60,877 nucleotides of DNA, from contig CACKTH010000001.1 of assembly GCA_902603045.1 (NCBI GenBank), positions 1 to 60,877 on the forward strand, in the 5' to 3' direction. Each line of letters starts with the position of its first letter. The stretch's first letter is position 1. Source of the DNA: an uncultured Pelagibacteraceae bacterium. Lineage in GTDB: Bacteria > Pseudomonadota > Alphaproteobacteria > Pelagibacterales > Pelagibacteraceae. This document shows positions 28,122 through 39,332 of the stretch, piece by piece. The notes under the pieces were generated by a model, which was given only the letters and a program-made list of their open reading frames with translations, had not been told where the DNA came from and did no database searches. Position numbers and translations under genes: made by a program.

Positions 28122-30221
28122 TTATCCTGCAATAACAGCAAGTAATAACAATGCTACAATATTAGTGATTTTTATCATCGGATTTACAGCTGGACCAGCT
28201 GTGTCTTTGTATGGGTCACCAACTGTATCACCTGTAACTGCTGCCTTATGTGCTTCTGATCCTTTTCCACCAAATTTACCATCCTCAATATATTTTTTAG
28301 CGTTATCCCATGCTCCACCACCAGCTGTCATTGATACAGCAACAAAAAGTCCCGTAATAATAACGCCTAAAAGCATTGCACCAACAGATGATAATGCTGC
28401 AACTTGACCTCCTATAGGAAGAATAATTAAATATAAAACTATAGGCGAAAGCACAGGCAATAAAGATGGAATCACCATTTCTTTAATAGCTGCCTTTGTA
28501 AGTAAATCTACAAGTTTACCATAATCTGGTTTGGCTTTTCTCTTCATAATTCCAGGAATTTTTTTGAATTGTCTTCTTACTTCTATGACAACTGCGCCAC
28601 CTGCTCTTCCTACTGCCTGCATTCCCATAGAACCAAACAAGTAAGGAAGCATTCCGCCTATTAATAAACCTACTACTACAAATGGATTTGATAAATCAAA
28701 TGTTACGACAATACCTTCTAATTTAGAACCTGCTTCTTTTGAAAAATGTTTAATATCCTCAGTGTATGCTGCAAACAAAACTAAAGCACCCAATCCAGCT
28801 GAACCTATTGCGTATCCTTTCGTAACTGCTTTTGTAGTGTTACCTACAGCATCAAGAGCATCAGTAGTTTTTCTAACATTATTTGGTAAGTTTGACATCT
28901 CTGCTATACCACCAGCATTATCTGTAACTGGACCATAAGCATCTAAAGCAACTACCATTCCAGCAAGTGCAAGCATAGTAGTAACAGCGATAGCAATTCC
29001 AAATAAACCAGCTATAGCATTAGTTGTTAAAATTCCAGCAACAATTATTAATGCAGGAATTGCAGTTGCTTCCATTGAAATTGCTAAACCTTGTATAACA
29101 TTAGTTCCATGTCCTGTTGTAGAAGACTCTGCAACACTTTTTACAGGTCTATAATCAGTTCCAGTGTAATATTCTGTTATCCATATTAATAGGCCAGTAA
29201 TAATTAACCCTATAACACCACAATAATATAAGCTCATTCCATTAAATGAAACATTGTTAGCTGTGTAATTTGTATCTAGTCCAATTACATAGTCTGTTAT
29301 TGGATACAGAATAATTAAAGATAAAATAGCAGTAGCAACAAATCCTTTGTACAAAGCATTCATTATATTTCTTGATTGTCCAAGTTTTACAAAAAAAGTA
29401 CCTGCGATTGATGTTAGTATACATGCACCACCTATCGATAAAGGGTAAACCATCATATTTAAATCAGAAACAAAAAATATCGATGAAAGGACCATAGTAG
29501 CAACAATGGTTACTGCATATGTTTCAAATAAATCCGCTGCCATACCTGCGCAGTCACCAACGTTATCACCAACATTATCTGCAATAACCGCTGGATTTCT
29601 AGGATCATCTTCAGGTATACCCGCTTCTACTTTTCCTACTAAATCTGCACCAACATCAGCTCCTTTTGTAAAGATTCCACCACCTAATCTTGCAAATATA
29701 GATATTAGAGAAGCACCAAAACCTAAAGCCACTAATGCATTTACAATCTCTCTTTCATCAACACCGGCTGATAATAAAATATAATAATAAACAGCTATAG
29801 CTAATAAAGCTAAACCAGCAACTAGCATTCCTGTAATTGCTCCAGATTTAAACGCTATTGAAAGACCTTGAGATAAACCTTTCCTTGATGCTTCGGCAGT
29901 TCGTACATTAGCTTGAACAGAAACTAACATTCCAACATAACCAGCTATACCCGATAATGCTGCTCCAATTAAATATCCAATTCCAACCAATAATGAAAAA
30001 GCAAAACTAATTATAACTAAAACAACAACACCAACTATAGCGATTGTTTTGTATTGTCTGTTTAAATAAGCTTTTGCCCCTATTTGAATAGCTGAAGCAA
30101 TTTCTTGCATCTTTGCATTTCCTGCACTTGCATTCAAAATCGACGATCCAGTAACAAATCCATATACAATGGATAATATCCCAGCAAAAATTGTGTATAA
30201 TAAAATGGTATCAACAGACAT
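28122..30221 (-). CDS. hppA: Membrane-bound H+-translocating pyrophosphatase
   Basis: [53 protein letters not shown]. Confidence 0.96.
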   Translation of the reverse strand: MSVDTILLYTIFAGILSIVYGFVTGSSILNASAGNAKMQEIASAIQIGAKAYLNRQYKTIAIVGVVVLVIISFAFSLLVGIGYLIGAALSGIAGYVGMLVSVQANVRTAEASRKGLSQGLSIAFKSGAITGMLVAGLALLAIAVYYYILLSAGVDEREIVNALVALGFGASLISIFARLGGGIFTKGADVGADLVGKVEAGIPEDDPRNPAVIADNVGDNVGDCAGMAADLFETYAVTIVATMVLSSIFFVSDLNMMVYPLSIGGACILTSIAGTFFVKLGQSRNIMNALYKGFVATAILSLIILYPITDYVIGLDTNYTANNVSFNGMSLYYCGVIGLIITGLLIWITEYYTGTDYRPVKSVAESSTTGHGTNVIQGLAISMEATAIPALIIVAGILTTNAIAGLFGIAIAVTTMLALAGMVVALDAYGPVTDNAGGIAEMSNLPNNVRKTTDALDAVGNTTKAVTKGYAIGSAGLGALVLFAAYTEDIKHFSKEAGSKLEGIVVTFDLSNPFVVVGLLIGGMLPYLFGSMGMQAVGRAGGAVVIEVRRQFKKIPGIMKRKAKPDYGKLVDLLTKAAIKEMVIPSLLPVLSPIVLYLIILPIGGQVAALSSVGAMLLGVIITGLFVAVSMTAGGGAWDNAKKYIEDGKFGGKGSEAHKAAVTGDTVGDPYKDTAGPAVNPMIKITNIVALLLLAVIAG

Positions 30222-30303
30222 ATAATTCCTTAAATAAGTGTTTTAGTTATTTTTTAAAATGCGGACATTACAAAAAAGATTATAAAAGGCAATATTTAAC
30301 TTA

Positions 30304-31263
30304 CTAAAATATATGAGAATAACCCTGGTATTTGAGGTATTTTATTGGAATTCTCCTATTATCTAATAGGTAATTTTTTGATTTAGTGTTAATTTTTCCA
30401 ATAATAGAAATTTTTTGATTCATTTTAGAAGATAGAGTTTTTATATATTTTCTCTTTGACTTAGAAGCTGTAAATAAAATTTGATAGTCATCGCCATTAA
30501 ATAAATATTCAATTTTTTTTAGTTTTTTGTCTTTAATTAATTGTTTTAAATGATTTGATATCGGGATCTTATTTATATCAATTAAATAACCAAGCTTTTG
30601 TTTATTTATTAATTTATTCAGATCAATTACTAATCCATCTGAAACATCCATAGAGCAGTTTGCAATTTTAAAAAGATGTAAACTAAACTTTATAGGTAGA
30701 TTAGGTGAATAATATTTATCAATAAAATATTTCTTTTGATTTGAGTTTAAATTAATTTTCTTTTTTAAAGCTTTTAAACCAATATGACTATCACCAACAT
30801 TACCAGTTAAATAAATATCATCTCCAATTTTTGCTTTATTTCTGTAAACAATTTTGTTTGAATATCCTAAAGATATAACTGTGAAACTTAGATTTTTTGA
30901 GTATGTGGTATCGCCTCCAGATAATTTTATATTAAATCTATTTTGTTCATTGGATAAAGATTTGTTAATTAATGACATATTTTTTTTTGTAAAATGTTTT
31001 TTGTTACCTGAGCCGGATAAAAAGAAATAATTTGGTTTTACCCCTTTAGCATAAATATCTGATATAGAAGATCTTATTATTTTTCGTATAACAAGATCTG
31101 GTTTATTAAAATTTAAAAAGTGTATACCCTGATTGTAGGTGTCAACGGAAATAACTAATTTTTTACTTTTATCAAAAAAAACATCATCATTTAAATTAAG
31201 TGAAGATGGATTATTTTTAGATAATTTTTTTAAATAACTACTTATTAAGAATTCTTCATTCAT
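30304..31263 (-). CDS. thiL: Thiamine-monophosphate kinase
   Basis: DD, SDI.A.G, GGDT, MDVSDG, GDDYQ; follows nusB. Confidence 0.9.
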   Translation of the reverse strand: MNEEFLISSYLKKLSKNNPSSLNLNDDVFFDKSKKLVISVDTYNQGIHFLNFNKPDLVIRKIIRSSISDIYAKGVKPNYFFLSGSGNKKHFTKKNMSLINKSLSNEQNRFNIKLSGGDTTYSKNLSFTVISLGYSNKIVYRNKAKIGDDIYLTGNVGDSHIGLKALKKKINLNSNQKKYFIDKYYSPNLPIKFSLHLFKIANCSMDVSDGLVIDLNKLINKQKLGYLIDINKIPISNHLKQLIKDKKLKKIEYLFNGDDYQILFTASKSKRKYIKTLSSKMNQKISIIGKINTKSKNYLLDNRRIPIKYLKYQGYSHIF

Positions 31264-31658
31264 CAGTTTCGTAATTTCTTTGAAATTTTATCAAGCAAAG
31301 CATTCAAATATTTTGTTTGTGATAAATCAATAAAGAAATTAGAGGCATTAAGGTATTCTTTAATAATTATTTTTGAAGATATTTTTGGTTTATACATTAA
31401 TTCAAAAATTGCACTTTTTATTATTACTTGAAAAACTTTATCTAGGTTTGATATTTTTAAATCATCATTTAAATGATTTGTAATTTCTTCGTGAATTACA
31501 TCATCTCTTTCAATGGTGCCATTGACTACATCTTTTATAAATTTTTTGAAACGATGTTTTGGAAAATCTAATTCTATTTCATTGTTATAATACTTGCTGT
31601 AAAGCTTTTGTATTATAATAACTCTTGGATTATTTTTTTTACTAAAATGAAGTGGCAT
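31263..31658 (-). CDS. nusB: Transcription antitermination factor NusB
   Basis: R...IQ.LY, AIFEL, II.EY, LNALLD; ribH-nusB-thiL synteny. Confidence 0.88.
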   Translation of the reverse strand: MPLHFSKKNNPRVIIIQKLYSKYYNNEIELDFPKHRFKKFIKDVVNGTIERDDVIHEEITNHLNDDLKISNLDKVFQVIIKSAIFELMYKPKISSKIIIKEYLNASNFFIDLSQTKYLNALLDKISKKLRN

Positions 31659-31659
31659 T

Positions 31660-32046
31660 CTATAACGATAATATTGTTTTTACTGCGTTTGCTGCCTCTC
31701 TACCTTTTTTACCACGTGCTATAGCTTGTTTTTTATTTAAACAAGTAATTATTCCATTACCAACTGGTTTTTTTGACACCACAGATATATTCATAATTGC
31801 ATCAGTCGTTGATTTAGATATAAAATCAAAATGAGGCGTTTGACCTTTAATTACACATCCAAGTGCTACAAAACCATCATATTTTTTTAAATTTTTAGAA
31901 ATAACTACGGGTATCTCAAATACACCTGGAACAGAGATTACATCAATCTTTGCAAAATTTTTTAGTTCATTCTTAGCACTTTTAAGAAGAGCACTTGAAA
32001 TATCTTTATAGTAGATTGCATGTATAATTAATACTTTATTTTTCAT
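31660..32046 (-). CDS. ribH: 6,7-dimethyl-8-ribityllumazine synthase
   Basis: VPGVFEIP, GCVIKGQTPHFD, KG.EAA. Confidence 0.95.
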   Translation of the reverse strand: MKNKVLIIHAIYYKDISSALLKSAKNELKNFAKIDVISVPGVFEIPVVISKNLKKYDGFVALGCVIKGQTPHFDFISKSTTDAIMNISVVSKKPVGNGIITCLNKKQAIARGKKGREAANAVKTILSL

Positions 32047-33146
32047 TTTATAATTTCTTGTTTAATAATCTTGATACCATAACCATCCAACCCAACAACC
32101 TTTTTTAGAGTTCTAGTAACTAATATCATTTTCTTTATTTTTAAAGATTTAATTATTTGAGCTCCAATACCATAACTTTTTATTAATTGATCCTTTTCCT
32201 TAGTTTTAGACTTTTTATCTTTAAATTCTTTAAGTGTTTGAGTAACAGATTTTAAATTTGGATCTCTTATAAAAATCATAACACAATTGCTATATTTTTT
32301 AAAATATTTTAAAGTTTTTTCAAATGAGTTAGGAAGTTTTTGATTAATTAGATAATTTTGAACTACATTAGATGAAATGACTCTTACTCTTGGTGATTTA
32401 CTTTTATTAACTTTACCCTTAACTAATGCAAAATGCTCAGAACCATCAATTGAGTTCTCAAAAACATAAATTTTAAATTTTTGATTATTTAAATTAATTG
32501 TAGATGTTTTTTTTAATTTAATAAGATTCTCTTTTCTCAATCTATATGAAATTAAGTCTTCAATTTTTGCAATATGGAGTTTATGTTTACTTGCAAATTT
32601 TAATAAATCCTCACCTTTTGCCATCGAACCATCTTCATTCATAATCTCACATATTACAGCGGCTGGGATTTTGTTGCCAAGTCTAGCTATGTCGACAGAT
32701 GCCTCTGTATGACCGGCCCTAACTAGCACGCCTCCTTCTCGAGAAATAATTGGAAATACGTGACCAGGAGAAACTATTTCATTTTTAAACACATTTTTTT
32801 TTGTAGCAACTTTTATTGTTCGTGATCGGTCTTTAGCTGAAATACCAGTAGTTATACCCTTCTTGGCCTCTATTGAAATGGTAAAGGCTGTTTGATTTCT
32901 CGATTGATTAACAGGAGCCATAAATGTTAGCCCAAGTTTATTTGCTTGATTTTTATTTAGTGTTAAACAAATTAAACCTCTGCCGTTTTTGGCCATAAAG
33001 TTAATTTTTTTAGAATTAACATCACTGGCATTAAATACTAAATCCCCCTCATTTTCTCGATTTTCATCATCAACGAGAATATACATTCCTCCTTTTTTTG
33101 AGATAGAAATAATCTTTTCTATTGGGCTAAATTTATTTTTTATCAT
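32043..33146 (-). CDS. ribB: DHBP synthase fused to a degenerate GTP cyclohydrolase II-like domain (RibBX type)
   Basis: DDENRENEGD, RAGHTEAS, ICEIM; the C-terminal domain lacks the zinc-binding cysteines. Confidence 0.92.
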   Translation of the reverse strand: MIKNKFSPIEKIISISKKGGMYILVDDENRENEGDLVFNASDVNSKKINFMAKNGRGLICLTLNKNQANKLGLTFMAPVNQSRNQTAFTISIEAKKGITTGISAKDRSRTIKVATKKNVFKNEIVSPGHVFPIISREGGVLVRAGHTEASVDIARLGNKIPAAVICEIMNEDGSMAKGEDLLKFASKHKLHIAKIEDLISYRLRKENLIKLKKTSTINLNNQKFKIYVFENSIDGSEHFALVKGKVNKSKSPRVRVISSNVVQNYLINQKLPNSFEKTLKYFKKYSNCVMIFIRDPNLKSVTQTLKEFKDKKSKTKEKDQLIKSYGIGAQIIKSLKIKKMILVTRTLKKVVGLDGYGIKIIKQEIIK

Positions 33147-33726
33147 TACTAAATTTTTTTACATATTTAGATAAAATATCAATTTCAATATTAACTAAAT
33201 CATTTTTTTTTATGTTTGCTAAATTTGTAAGTTTTAGTGTATGTGGAATAACCCAAATTTCAAATTTATACTTCTTTATCTTGGCTATGGTTAAAGAAAT
33301 ACCATTTATCAAGATTGATGCTTTCTCAACTAAATATTTATAAAATTTTTTATCAATACTAAATTCGTAAATTATAGATTTGTCTACATTTGTTAAATTT
33401 GTAACTTTACTTACTGTATCAACATGACCTTGACAAATATGACCTGAAATATTTTGTCCATACTTTAAAGGTAATTCTAAATTAACATAATCACCAACAT
33501 TAGATTTCTTAAATTTTGATTTTCTAATAGTTTCATTTGATAAATAAAATTCAGATATACCTTTTTTATATGATATTAATGTTAGGCAAACACCATCACA
33601 GGAAATAGATATGCCTAATTGCTTATTAGTTAATTTTAATTTTGACTTGATAAAGACGTTTATTCCTTTAGCTCTTTTAGTAATATTTGTAATTTTACCT
33701 TTATTAAAAATTATTCCATTAAACAT
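33133..33726 (-). CDS. ribE: Riboflavin synthase alpha chain
   Basis: MFNGI, GVCLT, VNLE, GHVD, GISLT, NIEID. Confidence 0.94.
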   Translation of the reverse strand: MFNGIIFNKGKITNITKRAKGINVFIKSKLKLTNKQLGISISCDGVCLTLISYKKGISEFYLSNETIRKSKFKKSNVGDYVNLELPLKYGQNISGHICQGHVDTVSKVTNLTNVDKSIIYEFSIDKKFYKYLVEKASILINGISLTIAKIKKYKFEIWVIPHTLKLTNLANIKKNDLVNIEIDILSKYVKKFSNDKK

Positions 33727-34821
33727 TTACTGATACCTAAAAAGTTTTTCTTTATCTAAAAAAGTATTAATTTGTGATCTTTTTTTAAATTTTTTAGACA
33801 ATAAATCAATAAAAGAATTCAAAGCAACTGAATTTTTTAAATTAATTTTATAATCAGCTTTGAATAAATAGAAATCATTTATTAAATTGTTGTTTAAAAA
33901 AGATTTTAAAAGATTTGGACCTGATTCAAGTAATAAATTTGCATAACCTAATGAGTATATTTTTTTTAAAATTATATTTAAATCAAAACTATTGTTTTCT
34001 ATTTTCATAAAAATAAGTTTTGCATTTTTATTCTTAAATTTATTAATAATATTTTTATCTTTTTGATTATGAAAAATATAAGTTTTATTTGAGCTAGGTT
34101 TTAACAATTTTGAATTTATTTTAGTCTTTAAATCTTTATCAATAATAAATTTTACTGGTGAAAACTTTTCTAAACCTTGAATTCTACAATTTAAATCAGG
34201 ATTGTCAGAGTTAATAGTTTTATAAGATGTTAAAATTGCTTGATTTCTATATCTTAATAAATGAGACACTTTATGAGAATGTTCATTTGTAATTTTTTTT
34301 TTAAATAAATAAATTCTATTATTCTTAGAAACAGCTAATTTTCCAGTAACGTATGGAATATCATTAAATTTTGAGAATTTATAATCTTTGTAAAATTGAT
34401 TTGCCTCATTTTTAATTAAACCGATTTTAGCCAAAATATTATTTTTTTTTAAAACACTTTTTGTTTTTTTTGCTGTTCGTTTATCAAAATCTTCAATGGA
34501 ATAATTAACTAATTTAATCTTTTTTTTTACAATAATATTTGTGCAAGGTGGTGTTTTTCCATAATGGATACAGGGTTCTAATGTTACATACATATTTGAA
34601 TTTTTGAAATTTATTTTATTATTTTTTAAGGCAGCTACTTCAGCATGAGGTCTGCCATTAATATCTGTCTTTCCGTAAGAAATGATTTCATCTTTATGTG
34701 TTACTACACATCCAACCGATGGATTTAATCCTGTTAACCCTTTATTTTGATTGGCAAGTTCTAGTGCCAATCTCATGAATGCTTTATTTTTTTCTGATGA
34801 TTTATCTTTTCTTAAAGACAT
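33727..34821 (-). CDS. ribD: Bifunctional riboflavin deaminase/reductase
   Basis: NPSVGC, HAE, TLEPC.H.GKTPPC, ESG; true start ATG 34821. Confidence 0.93.
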   Translation of the reverse strand: MSLRKDKSSEKNKAFMRLALELANQNKGLTGLNPSVGCVVTHKDEIISYGKTDINGRPHAEVAALKNNKINFKNSNMYVTLEPCIHYGKTPPCTNIIVKKKIKLVNYSIEDFDKRTAKKTKSVLKKNNILAKIGLIKNEANQFYKDYKFSKFNDIPYVTGKLAVSKNNRIYLFKKKITNEHSHKVSHLLRYRNQAILTSYKTINSDNPDLNCRIQGLEKFSPVKFIIDKDLKTKINSKLLKPSSNKTYIFHNQKDKNIINKFKNKNAKLIFMKIENNSFDLNIILKKIYSLGYANLLLESGPNLLKSFLNNNLINDFYLFKADYKINLKNSVALNSFIDLLSKKFKKRSQINTFLDKEKLFRYQ

Positions 34822-35260
34822 CGATTTTATCAACAAATTGAACGAAGTCTTTTTCTTCTCTAAAATTTCTATATACTGATGCAAATCTTACATAAGCAAC
34901 TGGGTCCAATTCTTTTAATCCGTCCATTACCATTGTGCCTATTGTGTTCGAAGAAATTTCACTTTGACCAAATTCCTCTAGTGATCGAGAAATTTTAGAA
35001 ATAAATTTTTCTACTGTTTCAGTATCAAGAGGTCTTTTTTTTAGAGCTACATAAATGGATTTAGACAATTTATCTCTATCAAATGGTGATTTTCTTCCAT
35101 TTTTTTTTACAATTGTTAGTTCACGAAATTGAACTCTTTCAAATGTAGTAAATCTTTGTCCACAGCTACAAAGCCTCCTTCTTCTTATAGCTGTTCCATC
35201 TTCAGTAGGTCTAGAGTCTACAACTGAAGTTTCACCTTTTTTATCACAGGGACAAATCAT
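34802..35260 (-). CDS. nrdR: Transcriptional repressor NrdR
   Basis: VVDSR, IRRRR.C, RFTTFE, ATP cone, [11 protein letters not shown]. Confidence 0.95.
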   Translation of the reverse strand: MICPCDKKGETSVVDSRPTEDGTAIRRRRLCSCGQRFTTFERVQFRELTIVKKNGRKSPFDRDKLSKSIYVALKKRPLDTETVEKFISKISRSLEEFGQSEISSNTIGTMVMDGLKELDPVAYVRFASVYRNFREEKDFVQFVDKIDVFKKR

Positions 35261-35266
35261 AATTCA

Positions 35267-36577
35267 TTATCCCAAATTTTTATAAATTGGGAAATTTGAA
35301 CATAAATCAACAACTTCTTTTCTTACTTCGTCTTCTATTTTAGTATTATCATCAGGGTTGGATGACAAACCTTTAATTACTTTAGTAATTAACTCACCAA
35401 CTATTTTAAATTCATTTAAACCAAATCCTCGAGTAGTTGCTGCCTGAGAACCTAGTCTTATACCTGACGTTACCATTGGACTTTCTGTATCAAATGGAAT
35501 TCCATTTTTATTACATGTTATATTAGCACGTGATAAACTTTCGGCTGCAGCATTACCTTTAACACCAAAAGGTCTTAAATCTACCAACATTAAATGAGTA
35601 TCAGTTCCTCCAGAATAAATTTTAAATCCATTTGTCTTTAATGTTTCTGCTAGTATTTTTGCATTAGCTAAAACATTAGATATATATTCTTTGAAAGAAG
35701 GTTCTAATGCCTCTTTAAATCCAACTGCTTTTGCAGCTATTATATGCATAAGAGGGCCACCCTGATAACCAGGAAATACAGCTGTATTAATTTTTTTATA
35801 AATATCTTCGTGATTTGTTAAAATAATTCCACCTCTGGCACTTCTAAAAACTTTATGAGTTGTAGATGTAACGACATGAGCATGATCAACAGGATTTGGA
35901 TAACCTTTACCAGCAACAAGACCTGAAAAGTGAGCCATATCTACCATAAAGAATGCCCCAACCTTATCAGCAATATCTCTAAATCTTTTAAAATCAATTG
36001 TCCTAGAGTATGCACTACCTCCAGCAATTATAAGTTTAGGTTTATTTTCAATTGCTAATCTTTCAACTTCATCATAATCGATTAATTCAGAGGTTTTATC
36101 TACATCGTAGCTTATTGCATTAAACCATTTGCCTGACATTGCAATTTTAAGACCATGAGTAATATGGCCACCAGAATTTAAACTCATTCCCATAAAAGTA
36201 TCACCTGGCTTTAATAATGCTAAAAACACTGCTCCGTTAGCTTGCGCGCCAGAATGAGGTTGTGAATTCGCAAATTTACAATTAAAGAGTTTTTTTAATC
36301 TATTGTTAGCAAGTGTTTCAGCAACATCAACATGTTCACAACCGTTATAATATCTTTTACCTGGGTAACCTTCGGCATACTTATTCGTTAGTACTGAACC
36401 TTGTGCCTCTAAAACAGCTTGTGAAACAATGTTTTCTGATGCGATTAATTCGATATGATTTTGTTGTCTGATTAATTCTTTATTTACTGCATCAAATATT
36501 TCTGGATCAGCTTCAGACAATTTTTTTTCAAAAAAGTTTTCATATTGAGTATTTAAATATTTTTTTTCACTAGACAT
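35267..36577 (-). CDS. glyA: Serine hydroxymethyltransferase
   Basis: [25 protein letters not shown]. Confidence 0.97.
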   Translation of the reverse strand: MSSEKKYLNTQYENFFEKKLSEADPEIFDAVNKELIRQQNHIELIASENIVSQAVLEAQGSVLTNKYAEGYPGKRYYNGCEHVDVAETLANNRLKKLFNCKFANSQPHSGAQANGAVFLALLKPGDTFMGMSLNSGGHITHGLKIAMSGKWFNAISYDVDKTSELIDYDEVERLAIENKPKLIIAGGSAYSRTIDFKRFRDIADKVGAFFMVDMAHFSGLVAGKGYPNPVDHAHVVTSTTHKVFRSARGGIILTNHEDIYKKINTAVFPGYQGGPLMHIIAAKAVGFKEALEPSFKEYISNVLANAKILAETLKTNGFKIYSGGTDTHLMLVDLRPFGVKGNAAAESLSRANITCNKNGIPFDTESPMVTSGIRLGSQAATTRGFGLNEFKIVGELITKVIKGLSSNPDDNTKIEDEVRKEVVDLCSNFPIYKNLG

Positions 36578-36585
36578 TTATTTAC

Positions 36586-37011
36586 CTATATTTTTTTAAT
36601 TCTTTTTATATGTCTACCGCCTTCAAACTCAGTTTTTAGAAAGCTCTCAACACATTTTAAAGCAACTGTTTTTTTAATAAGCCTTTCTCCTAATGTTATA
36701 ACATTTGCATCATTATGCAATCGCGATAATTTGGCATTTTTTACTGAATAGCATAAAGCTGCGCGTATTCCCTTATTTTTGTTTGCAGCAATAGACATTC
36801 CTACTCCTGAACCACAAACAAGTATTCCTACATAATTCTTATTTTTCGCCACTTGTTTACAAAGTTTATGAGCAAAATCAGGGTAATCAACGGACTTCTT
36901 ATTTTGTTTTGGTCCCAGATCTTTTATTGGATAATTTTTATTAAAGTATTTTAAAATATTTTTTTTTAAATTAAACCCACCATGATCTGAAGCAATAAAA
37001 ATTTTTTTCAA
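36586..37011 (-). CDS. rpiB: Ribose-5-phosphate isomerase B
   Basis: SDHGG, DYPD, CGSGVG, HNDAN, FEGGRH; TTG start. Confidence 0.94.
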   Translation of the reverse strand: MKKIFIASDHGGFNLKKNILKYFNKNYPIKDLGPKQNKKSVDYPDFAHKLCKQVAKNKNYVGILVCGSGVGMSIAANKNKGIRAALCYSVKNAKLSRLHNDANVITLGERLIKKTVALKCVESFLKTEFEGGRHIKRIKKI

Positions 37012-37012
37012 A

Positions 37013-37603
37013 CTAATTAAATTTGTAATTTAAAACACAAGCAACAAGGTGAACTCTATTTTCTTCACCCCCATTAAATGCATTGTGATATTTAGTATTA
37101 TTAGTAATCCAAACAGAGCCATCTGCTGGCATATGTTTTGCAACATTATCAACGACCATTATTGCACCAGGATTTGTGTATATAGGTATATGAAGCCTTG
37201 GCTCAGGATCTCTATGCCAACTTAATGTTGATCTTGGCTCTTTAAGAAGAAGTCTCATCCTACCTAATCTATACTTTTTTGTTAATTGGTCATAAACTTC
37301 CTTGAAATAAGTATTTTTAAAGTCGTCAACAAATTCTGTATATTTATGTTCATCAATTTTCCTTTCCCTCTGTACCTCAACACCTGTACTATCTGGTTTA
37401 GTCCAATAAATGCCTCTTACATTATTTCCTTTTACAGAATCTGGATCACCTGGAATTTGATTTAGAGGTATACCGGCAAAGTGAGGTATTCCAAGACTTG
37501 TATCAAAACCTTTTATTTTTAATACTTCATCACAAGCCTGTTTTAATTTTATGATATCAAATTTTACATCTTGTTTTTGGAAATCAATGAATAATTGTGA
37601 CAT
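37013..37603 (-). CDS. Aspartyl/asparaginyl beta-hydroxylase-like Fe(II)/2OG dioxygenase
   Basis: WHRD (HxD), RLHIP, HNAFN (distal His), R.HLV. Confidence 0.75.
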   Translation of the reverse strand: MSQLFIDFQKQDVKFDIIKLKQACDEVLKIKGFDTSLGIPHFAGIPLNQIPGDPDSVKGNNVRGIYWTKPDSTGVEVQRERKIDEHKYTEFVDDFKNTYFKEVYDQLTKKYRLGRMRLLLKEPRSTLSWHRDPEPRLHIPIYTNPGAIMVVDNVAKHMPADGSVWITNNTKYHNAFNGGEENRVHLVACVLNYKFN

Positions 37604-37673
37604 CGGTGCTCTACTATCTTATAGACTATTATATTAAATATTACTATTGTCGCATCAAAAAAATTAATTGATA

Positions 37674-38660
37674 ATGATTATCACAGGTAGCTATCCTAAT
37701 TTAAGATTGAGAAGATCAAGAAAATTCAGTTGGTCTAGAAGATTAATTCAAGATAATGATCTATCTTACAATGATTTTATTTTACCTATCTTTCTTACTG
37801 AAGGAAAAGCAAAAAAAGTTCCAATTAATTCAATGCCAAATGTTTTTAGGTATTCTATTGATAAATTAAAAAGTGTAGTTGATAAATCACTAAAATTGGG
37901 AATACCAATGGTAGCTTTATTCCCTTATACAAATCCAAGAAAAAGAGATGAATATGGAAATGAAGCATTAAATGAAAATAATTTAGTTTGCCGAGCAATA
38001 AAATTCATCAAAAAAAATTATAAGAACGAAATTGGAATAATGTGTGATGTTGCATTAGATCCATATACATCACATGGCCATGATGGAATAATTAAAAAAA
38101 ATGAAATTTTAAATGATGAAACATTAGAAATATTGATTAAACAATCAATATTGCAGGCAAAAATGGGTTGCGATGTGATTGCCCCATCAGATATGATGGA
38201 TGGTAGAGTTTTAAAAATTCGTAAAGCTTTAGATAAAAATAATCTTAAAGATGTTCAAATTTTATCATATGCCGTTAAGTATGCATCAAGTTTTTATGGC
38301 CCATTCAGAAATGCTGTTGGATCAAGAGGTCTCTTAAAAGGAGACAAAAAAACTTATCAAATGGATTTTAAAAACAATTATGAATCATTAAGAGAAGTTG
38401 CATTAGACATAAAAGAAGGAGCAGACATGGTTATAGTAAAACCAGGGATGCCTTATCTTGATATAATTAGAGAAGTTAAGAATAATTTTAAAATTCCAGT
38501 AATTGCATACCAAGTATCAGGAGAATATAGTCTCATAAAAAATGCAATTTCAAAGAATATATTAGATAAAAAATCGATATATGAAAGTCTAGTTTCCTTT
38601 AAAAGAGCCGGAGCAAGTGCAATTATAACCTATTTTGCTGATCAAATAAAACTAGATTAA
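37674..38660 (+). CDS. hemB: Porphobilinogen synthase
   Basis: DVALDPYTSHGHDG, APSDMMDGRV, KYASSFYGPFR, VKPG, YQVSGEY. Confidence 0.96.
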   Translation: MIITGSYPNLRLRRSRKFSWSRRLIQDNDLSYNDFILPIFLTEGKAKKVPINSMPNVFRYSIDKLKSVVDKSLKLGIPMVALFPYTNPRKRDEYGNEALNENNLVCRAIKFIKKNYKNEIGIMCDVALDPYTSHGHDGIIKKNEILNDETLEILIKQSILQAKMGCDVIAPSDMMDGRVLKIRKALDKNNLKDVQILSYAVKYASSFYGPFRNAVGSRGLLKGDKKTYQMDFKNNYESLREVALDIKEGADMVIVKPGMPYLDIIREVKNNFKIPVIAYQVSGEYSLIKNAISKNILDKKSIYESLVSFKRAGASAIITYFADQIKLD

Positions 38661-39332
38661 TTTTAAAGAATTTTGAAAATTAAATCTTGTTTTGGGAAAA
38701 TTAAGATTATTCGGTTTAACTATTGTTTTATCTAAAAAATCTCCGACAATTTTTAAAGCATCAAAAGTATCTTCAAAGCTTATATCTTCTTCATCTTTAT
38801 TTACTAAAAAATTTGGAATGATTTTGTCAGAATTTTTTAATTTATAATTAATTTTATTACCTGAAGAAACTTCTTCTACATAATTATTAAAGTCTATGTC
38901 ATATCCAATTAATTTATAAAAGTTTAATTCCCAATTTACAAACTTTGAAAGCCACTCTTCATCTTTTAATATATTAAAATAATTATCAATTAAGTAATAA
39001 ATCTCTCTATTTTTTTCATTTTCTACTGTTAAAATTTTAATCAAATTCATTGTATAAATTATACAAAGTAGTTTTTGTTTATCTTCTAAAAAGTAAGGAG
39101 TTTTAAATTCATCAATTTCAACTTTTAAAGAACCAATTTTTGATTGAGATTTTGAATTATAATTTATATGCAATTTATTACCCTCAAATAGATAGTTTTT
39201 TATTTTTTTTGAAGTTCCTCCAAAAATAATTCCTGAAATTTTTCCATGATTTTCAGTATAAAATTCAGATATTACAGAATTTTCATTATATTTATTTTTT
39301 GAAAGTAAGTAGCCTTTATCCTGCCAATTCAT
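38652..39332 (-). CDS. recO: DNA repair protein RecO
   Basis: W.D.G..L....Y.E...I...T..HG OB-fold start; position after rnc. Confidence 0.82.
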   Translation of the reverse strand: MNWQDKGYLLSKNKYNENSVISEFYTENHGKISGIIFGGTSKKIKNYLFEGNKLHINYNSKSQSKIGSLKVEIDEFKTPYFLEDKQKLLCIIYTMNLIKILTVENEKNREIYYLIDNYFNILKDEEWLSKFVNWELNFYKLIGYDIDFNNYVEEVSSGNKINYKLKNSDKIIPNFLVNKDEEDISFEDTFDALKIVGDFLDKTIVKPNNLNFPKTRFNFQNSLKLI

